Shown here piece after piece: positions 56,910 through 64,000 of a stretch of DNA of 64,000 bases (position 1 is its first letter; each line of letters begins with the position of its first letter). Source of the stretch: Solirubrobacteraceae bacterium (GTDB taxonomy: Bacteria; Actinomycetota; Thermoleophilia; Solirubrobacterales; Solirubrobacteraceae). Made by a program: the position numbers and the translations under genes. The notes below the pieces were generated by a model. That model worked only from the letters and a program-made list of their open reading frames with translations. It was not told the DNA's origin and searched no databases. The DNA is taken from assembly GCA_052145475.1 (NCBI GenBank), contig JBKQOO010000086.1:21360-85359 (forward strand), written 5' to 3'.

Positions 56910-57962
56910 GTGTCCCACCACCTCGATACCCCACTGGCACGCCAGAACGGCCAGCTCTACATCGATGACCTGTACGTCTACGACGCGAACGGCCGCACCG
57001 TGTTCGCGATGGACGCCAACTCGACGATCACCGGTCCCGACATCACGCCGGGCTTCTCGCACGAGGCCCGCTACGAGTTCAAGGTCCATTTCGATGAGGC
57101 CGGATACGAGGGACTGACCTACCGCGTGACCTTCGCCGAGCCGGCCGGCGACGGACGTCAAGCCCTGCAGCTGCATGTGCTCAGCGAGGAGGATGCGCGC
57201 AGTGATACAGCGGCCGGCGAACTGGTGCTCGAGGGCCGCACCGGCGAGGTCGTCGACGCCGGCAGCGTCCGGATCTGGGCGGGGCGCGTGGAGGACGCGT
57301 TCTACATCGACCTCTCGCTGCTGGAAAAGGTCAACGGCGCGGTCCGGAACGGGACCCTGCTGGACCTCTCGGGCTGGGACCCGGAGCATGCGCAGAACAG
57401 CTTTGACGGCACGAGCGTCGAGACGATCGTGATCGACGTCTCCCAGCAGGAGCACCCGCAGCTACGCCCGGGCGCACGGATCGGGGTGTGGTGCCGGACG
57501 CAGCTCGCGACCGACGCGGGCGGCTGGCGGCAGATCAACCGTGCCGGGCATCCGATGATGTGGCCGATCTTCTGGCCCGATGATGTCAAGTTCACCCATC
57601 CGGCCAACACGAGTCACCCCTCCGAAGAACTGGACGGCCCGATCGGTCGGGAGATTCGAGACCTCGTGACCGGAGCGGTCGCAGCCAACGGAACCTCCGA
57701 TGATCCCAAGGGATACGGGCAGACGGTCGCTGGCAGGCTGTTCCCCGACGTGCTGCCGTACGTGATCGGTACGCCAGCCACCTACAGCTTCGCCGCCTTC
57801 AACGGCCGGACGCGGGCGGACAACGCACCCGAGGCGATGCTCTCGCTGGTCACCTGCACGGCGATCCCCTCGGGACTGAAGCCCTCGGTCACAGCCGCAT
57901 CCCGAAGCGGCGAGTTTCCCTACGTCGTGCCGACCGAGACGCTGGTGAAGACGCCGAGCTGA
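56910..57962 (+). CDS. DUF4331 family protein (full length)
   Basis: RBS AAGGAG; MSHHLDTP...IDDLYVY, RYEFK, QINRAGHP, PDVL, NGR..ADN, FPY. Confidence 0.85.
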   Translation: MSHHLDTPLARQNGQLYIDDLYVYDANGRTVFAMDANSTITGPDITPGFSHEARYEFKVHFDEAGYEGLTYRVTFAEPAGDGRQALQLHVLSEEDARSDTAAGELVLEGRTGEVVDAGSVRIWAGRVEDAFYIDLSLLEKVNGAVRNGTLLDLSGWDPEHAQNSFDGTSVETIVIDVSQQEHPQLRPGARIGVWCRTQLATDAGGWRQINRAGHPMMWPIFWPDDVKFTHPANTSHPSEELDGPIGREIRDLVTGAVAANGTSDDPKGYGQTVAGRLFPDVLPYVIGTPATYSFAAFNGRTRADNAPEAMLSLVTCTAIPSGLKPSVTAASRSGEFPYVVPTETLVKTPS

Positions 57963-58269
57963 CAGGTCTCTCCGGCGCGGCCCGGGGGACTGCCCGAGCC
58001 GCACGGCCCGGCGGCCCTTGGCTCGCCTGCGCGGCGTCCTAACACCGGAGGAGGGAAGCGCCCGCGCGCGGAGAGCCGGCGGTTCGTCGCTCGTCTTTTG
58101 TTGGCCCCCACGGAGACTCGCATGGTTACGACGCACCCCACGCCCGCGGCGATTGCCGCCCGGAGAGTCGACGTCGACCTCGCAGCCGCCATCTTCGTTC
58201 GCGCTCGAAGCGCGAGTCAGTCAACGGTCAACGGCTACGGAGCTTCTCGGGCCGTAGGGAAAGGGGATC

Positions 58270-58542
58270 ATGGACTCCATCACGCCTTCTTCAGGGCCGA
58301 GCGGCGAACCGGAGGGGCACGCCCGGCACGAGCTTCACGTCAGCGTCGTCAGCCCCGAAGAGGCCGAGTACGGCGTAGCCGAGTTCTGGGCGGGAGACAG
58401 GCTCCTCGGCTTCACGCGGTTCGAGCAGGACGAGCTGGTTCTCAGGATCGAGCCGCGCAGCGACGGGGAGCCGGTCGTCGTCAACGCGCACAGCCTGGCC
58501 GAGGCGCTGGCGCAGGCGAAGCGGCTGCTGGGGTCCGAGTAA
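58270..58542 (+). CDS. Small hypothetical protein
   Basis: RBS AAGGGG; 90 aa, protein-like composition. Confidence 0.65.
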   Translation: MDSITPSSGPSGEPEGHARHELHVSVVSPEEAEYGVAEFWAGDRLLGFTRFEQDELVLRIEPRSDGEPVVVNAHSLAEALAQAKRLLGSE

Positions 58543-58636
58543 CCGGCTCTCCGCGATGAGCTCCCAGGGCGCGGCGGAGCCAGTCTCGGCGGAGCAGGTC
58601 TCCTACCGCCCGGGCGCACGAGTCCCGTGTCCGGCT

Positions 58637-59632
58637 CTACGGCATCGCCTCCGGGGAGGGCCCGCCGATCGGCACCGCGCCGGCCATGATCAGATCGATC
58701 TGCTCGAGGTCGGCCTTGCTCAGGGTCAGCCCGGCAGCCGCGACGCTGTCTTCGATGTGATCGGGGTGACGGGCGCCCACGATCGCGACGTTCACCGCCG
58801 GATTCGCGAGCGTCCAGGCGAGGGCGAGCTGGGCGACCGAGCAGCCGAGCTCCTCGGCTGCAAATCGCTTCAGGTGATCGACGACATCGAGGTTGCGGCT
58901 GAAGGCGCTGCCATGGAACGCGGGACTCGCGCTGCGCCAGTCATCGTCTGCGAAGGAGGCGTCGGCGTGCATGCTCCCGCTCAGCAGCCCGTGTGCCAGT
59001 GGCCCGTAGACGAGCACTCCGATGTCGTGCTCACGCGCGTAGGGAAGCAGTTCGGCCTCGATATCGCGCCGGAACAGGTTGTAGGGCGGCTGCACCGTCT
59101 CCACCGGTCTCGTCCGCGCGAACTCGGCCAGCTGCGCCGCATCGAAGTTCGAGACGCCGACGTGCCGGATCTTGCCCTCGTCCACGAGCTCCTGGAGCGC
59201 TGCGGCCGTCTCGGAGAACGGGACCTTCGAGTCGGGCCAGTGCACCTGGTAGATGTCGATGTAGTCGACCTCGAGAGCGCGCAGGCTGTCCTCGACCCCG
59301 TTGCGAAGCCAGCCGGGGCTGGAGTCCCGGACGAGGCCACCGTCGGTCATCCGCAGCCCGCCCTTGGTCGCGACCACGACCTCGTCGCGCCGGTTGTCCA
59401 ACTCGTCACGCAGCGCACGGCCGAGAAGGCGCTCTGAGGCGCCGAAGCCGTAACCCTGAGCGGTGTCGAACAGATTGATGCCGAGCTCGCGCGCGCGGCG
59501 AATCGCGGCGATCCCCTCGTCCTCGTCGAACTGCCCCCATTCACCTCCCATCTGCCACGTGCCAAAGGCGATCGGGGAGACCCTCAGCCCGGTCATGCCG
59601 AGGGTGACGGAGTTCAGGATCGTGGTGGTCAT
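58637..59632 (-). CDS. Aldo/keto reductase
   Basis: IAFGTWQ, FDTAQGYG, VATKGG, YQVHWPD, GVSNF, QPPYNL, YGPLAHG. Confidence 0.95.
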   Translation of the reverse strand: MTTTILNSVTLGMTGLRVSPIAFGTWQMGGEWGQFDEDEGIAAIRRARELGINLFDTAQGYGFGASERLLGRALRDELDNRRDEVVVATKGGLRMTDGGLVRDSSPGWLRNGVEDSLRALEVDYIDIYQVHWPDSKVPFSETAAALQELVDEGKIRHVGVSNFDAAQLAEFARTRPVETVQPPYNLFRRDIEAELLPYAREHDIGVLVYGPLAHGLLSGSMHADASFADDDWRSASPAFHGSAFSRNLDVVDHLKRFAAEELGCSVAQLALAWTLANPAVNVAIVGARHPDHIEDSVAAAGLTLSKADLEQIDLIMAGAVPIGGPSPEAMP

Positions 59633-59803
59633 CGTCCTCGCTCGCTTCTTCCTGGACCGACCGATTCATCGCGGGCGTCACCGTGAGTGTCGGGGCTGCG
59701 GGGTGCTCGAAACGACCATAGGCCGTCTCGCGACGAGGGCCAGCCTCTCTGACCGGCGGCTCCGAACCCTGGACCGCACGCCTACTCGGCCCGACGACGG
59801 GAC

Positions 59804-60052
59804 TCAGGACGCAAACCGCTGGTGGTGTCTGACGTGCTGCTCGTGGTCCGTCAGGTAGAGCTCGTGAATCCAGCGGTCGCGCACATGGTGCATCGCCCCC
59901 ACAGAGCCCCCACCGCGGCCGGCGACCGTCGCGGCGGTGGCGTTGACACCGCTGCTGGCCGCCGCGGCTCCGGCGCCGGCCGAGCCGCCGATCGCGAGCG
60001 CGGTCAGCACCGCGCCACCGATCACGAACTGCTTGGGTCGCTTCGAGATCAT
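59804..60052 (-). CDS. Small secreted protein with a His-rich C-terminus
   Basis: RBS AAAGGAG; signal peptide; MHHVRDRWIHELYLTDHEQHVRHHQRF. Confidence 0.55.
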   Translation of the reverse strand: MISKRPKQFVIGGAVLTALAIGGSAGAGAAAASSGVNATAATVAGRGGGSVGAMHHVRDRWIHELYLTDHEQHVRHHQRFAS

Positions 60053-60206
60053 CGTTGCTCCTTTGGTGGCCGGGACGTCTCCGGTAGGAGTTCCACGATG
60101 CTCGAGATCCCTGTGGACGATGCGAGAGGATCCCGAGCATCTCCAGAGAGCTCGAGACTCCAGCCGGAAGCGAACCCGGCGCGCCCGAGGCGCCAGGTTC
60201 GTGGGT

Positions 60207-60962
60207 TCACTGCGGAGCGAGGTCTGCAACGTCTCGGTCGTGCAGTTCCCCCGGTGTCCGCGAGGCTCGGGCGGTCCGCAAGATCAGGTCTGCGACCTGC
60301 TCCGGGTGGCTGACCAGAGAGAGGTGGCCGGCGTCTATCTCCACGGTCGAGGCCTCCATCCGCTCGGCCATGAAGCGCTCGAGCTCGGGTGAGATCGTGC
60401 GGTCCCGGAGTGAGACGGCATACCAGCACGGCTTTGATCTCCAAGCCGCCTCTGTGGTCGTTTCGTCAAACAGCGTGTCGGACACTCGCCCCTGCACCGC
60501 GTATAGCGCGCGCGCCTTGACCGGGTCCACGCCGTTCGCGAAGTCGTTCACGAAGGCCTGTTCGGTAAGGCTCCCGAATCCGCCCTGGTAGACAAGTCCC
60601 GCGCTGGCAGGCGGCGTCGGAAAGCCCTTCGCGAGCGCGCCGTAGTCCTCGCCGGCGTCCGGTGCCCGAGCGGCGACATACACGAGACCCACGACCTTCG
60701 GATCGATCCCCGCCTGGCTTATCACCGTGCCCGCGAACGAATGAGCAGCGAGGATCGTAGGGCCGTCCTGGAGTGCGAGAACGTACCGGGTATGGGCCAC
60801 GTCGTCTGTCAGCGAGCTCAGCGGGTTCTGCACGGCGGTCGCGGTGAGCCCCGCGGCCTGCAGCCGTTCGATCACCCCGGACCACGATGAGCCGTCCGCG
60901 TAGGCGCCGTGGACCAGGACAACGTTACGAGCAGTCTCGCCAGACGATCCGTGAGAGGACAT
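60207..60962 (-). CDS. Alpha/beta hydrolase
   Basis: VLVHGAYADGSSW, AHSFAG, DRTI, AGHLS. Confidence 0.9.
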   Translation of the reverse strand: MSSHGSSGETARNVVLVHGAYADGSSWSGVIERLQAAGLTATAVQNPLSSLTDDVAHTRYVLALQDGPTILAAHSFAGTVISQAGIDPKVVGLVYVAARAPDAGEDYGALAKGFPTPPASAGLVYQGGFGSLTEQAFVNDFANGVDPVKARALYAVQGRVSDTLFDETTTEAAWRSKPCWYAVSLRDRTISPELERFMAERMEASTVEIDAGHLSLVSHPEQVADLILRTARASRTPGELHDRDVADLAPQ

Positions 60963-60976
60963 GTTCCCTGCCCCGA

Positions 60977-62179
60977 TCAACGCAGCGAGCTGAACGCTGC
61001 GCGGAGCTCTTCGGAGAACAGCTGAGGCTCCTCCCAGGCCGCGAAGTGCCCGCCCCTGTCGGCCTCGTGGAAGTAGGTGACGTCGGGATAGGCTTTTTCG
61101 ACCCAGCTGCGGGGCGCCCGGAAGATCTCGCCGGGGAAGGTGGTGAAGCCGACCGGGAGCGAGACCTGCGGGGGCGCATGTCCGGCCGCAAGAGCCGCAG
61201 CGCGAGCACCCTCCCAGTAGGAGCGGGCCGCGGAGGCGCCCGTGCCGGTCAGCCAGTAGAGCGTGATGTTGTCGACGATCTGCTCCGGGGTGAGATCGCC
61301 GGAGGGCTGGCCGTCGAGGAGGGCGCGGGAGATCTTGTAATAGCTGTCCGTGTCGTGGTCGAGCATCCAGGACGCCAGCGCAACGGGTGAGTCGAGTAGG
61401 GCGTAGCCGATCGTCTGCGGCCGCGTGGCCTGCTCGATGAAGTAGCCCTTGCCGCTCGTGTTGAACGTGGTGATCGCGTCGAGCGCCGCGCGTTCCTCCT
61501 CGGACGGTTCTGCTTCGTGGTAGCCGCCGGCCAGCCCCGCCAGCAGCAGGTTCATGTGAATGCCGAGCAGCCCGGCGGGTGCCTCCCGGCCGATCGCGTC
61601 GGTGACGGCGGCGCCCTGGTCGCCGCCCTGGGCGACGTAGCGGCTGTACCCGAGCCGCTGCATCAGCTCGGCCCAGGCGCGCGCGATGCGGCCGACGTTC
61701 CAGCCGACCTCGGTCGGCTCGCTGGAGAACCCGTAGCCCGGCATCGACGGCAGCACGAGGTGGAACGCGTCCTCGGCGCTGCCGCCATGCGCGGTCGGGT
61801 CGGTGAGCGGGCCGATGGTTCCCAACAGCTCGATCACCGAGCCCGGCCAGCCGTGGGTCATGATGAGCGGCAGCGCGTTCTCGTGCCGAGACTCGACGTG
61901 GATGAAGTGGATGTCCATCCCGTCGATCTCGGTCTTGAACTGCGGCAGCGCGTTCAGCCTCGCCTCGCACGCACGCCAGTCGTACTCCGAGGACCAATAG
62001 CGGGCGAGCGTCTGGATCGTCGCCAGCTGCACCCCCTGTGACCGATCGCCGACGAGCTCCTGGGAGGGCCAGCGGGTGCCGTCGATGCGTCGACGGAGGT
62101 CCTCCAGGGCCTCCTCCGGAATGTCAACGTGGAAAGGGCGAACCGCTGTGGCGCCGGCCGGCCCGGTTGTGGCAGACAT
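60977..62179 (-). CDS. Epoxide hydrolase family protein
   Basis: HGWPGS, PSMPGYGFS, QGGDQG, GGHFAAWEEP. Confidence 0.95.
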   Translation of the reverse strand: MSATTGPAGATAVRPFHVDIPEEALEDLRRRIDGTRWPSQELVGDRSQGVQLATIQTLARYWSSEYDWRACEARLNALPQFKTEIDGMDIHFIHVESRHENALPLIMTHGWPGSVIELLGTIGPLTDPTAHGGSAEDAFHLVLPSMPGYGFSSEPTEVGWNVGRIARAWAELMQRLGYSRYVAQGGDQGAAVTDAIGREAPAGLLGIHMNLLLAGLAGGYHEAEPSEEERAALDAITTFNTSGKGYFIEQATRPQTIGYALLDSPVALASWMLDHDTDSYYKISRALLDGQPSGDLTPEQIVDNITLYWLTGTGASAARSYWEGARAAALAAGHAPPQVSLPVGFTTFPGEIFRAPRSWVEKAYPDVTYFHEADRGGHFAAWEEPQLFSEELRAAFSSLR

Positions 62180-62232
62180 TCTGGGACCTCCTCGGTTTGG
62201 GATCAGCCGAAGGCTGATCGATTGCTGAGGAG

Positions 62233-62268
62233 CTCGCGCCCGTGAAGACCCTGGTCCTGCTCCCTGGT
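62233..62268 (-). promoter_or_regulatory. Three-part motif copy 4 (ACCAGGGAGCAGGACCAGGGTCTTCACGGGCGCG)
   Basis: Followed after 20 nt by CAGCCT; upstream of the epoxide hydrolase. Confidence 0.65.
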
Positions 62269-62348
62269 TCGCCCGCTATCCCGTCGCGTCGACACGCTCG
62301 AGTGCAGACGGCTGTCCGCGGGGCCGGACGGCCGCGGCCGCCAGGCGC

Positions 62349-62411
62349 CTCGGCATCACCTCTCGAGTCGAGCTGGGCGCGGCGCTGGCGTCGGGCACAG
62401 AAGCCCGTTAA
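62349..62411 (+). pseudogene. C-terminal stub of a LuxR-type HTH regulator
   Basis: Manual translation LGITSRVELGAALASGTEAR*, typical of LuxR-HTH ends; no matching upstream frame. Confidence 0.55.
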
Positions 62412-62457
62412 CCGGACGACGCGTCGGCTTACGTATATGGGCGGCGGCCGAAAGAGT

Positions 62458-62469
62458 CGTCATCTGACG
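62458..62469. promoter_or_regulatory. Palindrome CGTCA-TC-TGACG upstream of an alpha/beta hydrolase
   Basis: Perfect 5-bp arms; an extra TGACGC half-site follows at ~62477. Confidence 0.5.
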
Positions 62470-62555
62470 CACGATTTGACGCGATGCTGCCGCCAGAGTC
62501 ACGGAAGATCGATGTCGACCTCATCCGAGGCCGGCCAACAACGAGGAGGTCAGCC

Positions 62556-63263
62556 ATGACTGATGTACAGAACGTCGTCCTGGTCCACGGCGGCTTCGTG
62601 GACGGCTCCGGCTGGGAAGGCGTCTATCGCCTGCTCGAGCAGGACGGCTTCAACGTCAGTGTCGTCCAGAACCCGACGCTGACGTTGGAGGACGATGCTG
62701 CCATAACGCGACGGGTCCTCGACCAGCAGGACGGCCCCACGATCCTCGTTGGGCACTCCTACGGCGGGGCGGTGATCAGCGAGGCCGGCACGCATGAGAA
62801 CGTCGCCGGGCTCGTCTACATCACGGCGTTCGCTCCCGACCAGGGGGAGTCGGTCAGCACGCTGCTCGCCGACCCGCCACCCGGCGCGCCGGTGCCGCCG
62901 ATCCTCCCGCCGCAGGATGGGTTCCTGTTTCTCGACCGCGAGAAGTTCGCGGAGTCGTTTGCCGCCGATGTCGAGCCTGAACAGGCCGCGTTCATGGCCG
63001 ACTCGCAGGTGCCGTGGGGGGTCGAGGCGCTCGCCGGGACCGTCACCGACCCCGCATGGCGCCGCAAGCCCACGTGGTATCTGGTCGCGACCGACGACCT
63101 GATGATCCCGCCACCGGCGCAGCGGATGATGGCGGAACGGGCCGGTGCCACGACCTCCGAGGCTCCCGGCAGTCACGCGATCTACGTCTCGAGGCCCGCC
63201 GTGGTCGGCGACGTGATCGTGCAGGCGGCCCGAAACGCGCTCGAGGCTGCGGCGGCCGAGTAG
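62556..63263 (+). CDS. Alpha/beta hydrolase
   Basis: RBS GAGGAGG; VLVHGGFVDGSGW, GHSYGG, DLMIPP, GSHA. Confidence 0.93.
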   Translation: MTDVQNVVLVHGGFVDGSGWEGVYRLLEQDGFNVSVVQNPTLTLEDDAAITRRVLDQQDGPTILVGHSYGGAVISEAGTHENVAGLVYITAFAPDQGESVSTLLADPPPGAPVPPILPPQDGFLFLDREKFAESFAADVEPEQAAFMADSQVPWGVEALAGTVTDPAWRRKPTWYLVATDDLMIPPPAQRMMAERAGATTSEAPGSHAIYVSRPAVVGDVIVQAARNALEAAAAE

Positions 63264-63353
63264 GCGGCTGTCGCGAAGCATGGAGCAATGCAGACTTGCC
63301 GGTGGGGCAACGCCCCATCGGCCAGCGGCGGCAGCGAGCGAGTGGCCTTCCGT

Positions 63354-63545
63354 CCCGTGGTCGACGCGATCGCGGGCACGTCGGTGGACGCTCACCGCGC
63401 CGGCATAGAGCGTGTCGAGCAGGCTGGGGCCCAGCCGATCGGCTGGGTCTCGCTCGCGTGCGAGCTACAACAGGATTGGAACCGCCAGGAGACGGTGCCA
63501 CAGATCATCGAGATCGTATTGACTGACAGGCTGGTGAAGGAGTGA
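63354..63545 (+). pseudogene. C-terminal fragment of an isochorismatase/YcaC-like hydrolase
   Basis: PVVDAIAGTSVDAHRAGIERVEQAGAQPIGWVSLACELQQDW; the N-terminal catalytic part is absent. Confidence 0.75.
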
Positions 63546-63575
63546 TTCGGGCGGCGGGGCGGGTAGGGTTCTGCG

Positions 63576-63776
63576 ATGGCCTTTTCCGATGAGTTGGACA
63601 ACGAACTGACTCGCCGACTGGACGCCGCGGCGAGGCTCGTCGAGGACGCCCAGGTCAAGGATGTCGAGGCGGCGCGCTGGTTCGCGATGCAGCTGGAGGT
63701 CAACGCGGCGCTGAAGGACGCGATCGTCGAGATAGCCAAGCGCCTCGAGCAGACCTCCGCAGCGGACGGCGAGTAG
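63576..63776 (+). CDS. Small helical hypothetical protein
   Basis: 66-aa ORF with coiled-coil-like composition. Confidence 0.55.
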   Translation: MAFSDELDNELTRRLDAAARLVEDAQVKDVEAARWFAMQLEVNAALKDAIVEIAKRLEQTSAADGE

Positions 63777-63837
63777 AGGGCCTCGTCCAGGCGACGCCGC
63801 AGGTGGGTCCGCCCGTGTATTCGCGGCGCTCGGCACC

Positions 63838-63999
63838 CTAGACACCCCGGCCCCGGTGCCCGTCCGCGAACGGATCCGGCGAGGCGCCCTGTGGCGCCTG
63901 TGCTTCCAAAGTCTCCTTCACCCCCAGCAGCGCCTCGCGTTGCTTCTTGCTCAGCGACGGGTACTGGGGGTCGATCTCCATCAGTGCATTCACGAGAAC
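63838..63999 (-). CDS. Polyphosphate kinase 2 family protein, C-terminal end (starts beyond the window)
   Basis: Manual translation VLVNALMEIDPQYPSLSKKQREALLGVKETLEAQAPQGASPDPF...*. Confidence 0.6.
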   Translation of the reverse strand, partial: VLVNALMEIDPQYPSLSKKQREALLGVKETLEAQAPQGASPDPFADGHRGRGV

Positions 64000-64000
64000 A

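Noticed and set aside
57963-58269. 300-bp intergenic stretch as a possible ncRNA or gene remnant
   Set aside because: No recognisable RNA motif or protein similarity
63303-63317. TGGGGC-AAC-GCCCCA hairpin as a terminator
   Set aside because: Short stem and no U-tract

Overview
High-GC actinobacterial DNA; gene content and style suggest Thermoleophilia/Solirubrobacterales (inference). About 65 CDSs are supported; no rRNA, tRNA, CRISPR array or mobile element was seen. Main blocks: redox/stress genes (1-8.6 kb); a respiratory island, zwf-GMC oxidoreductase-cydDC converging on cydAB-ndh (8.7-19 kb); a Fur-family regulator with a metal ABC importer; an S53 protease; an FdhF/YdeP molybdoenzyme module; MocR; GH5; a type III PKS divergent from a sulfotransferase; a GT4/debranching-enzyme operon; a NiCoT transporter; then a partly decayed accessory region (45.8-64 kb) with two DUF4331 genes, a STAND adenylate cyclase plus DUF4242, poxB, a SARP-STAND regulator, hydrolases and several gene remnants. 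The strongest unexplained signals are non-coding: a ~35-bp three-part motif at fixed spacing from -10-like hexamers upstream of four dispersed genes, a TCAYCC-N5-GGRTGA palindrome bracketing the respiratory island, CCGCAwnTTGCG palindromes around a degenerate alarmone-hydrolase-like gene, and 11-bp-periodic repeats inside the 3' end of the SARP-STAND gene. All family assignments come from recognising motifs by eye; no database searches were run.
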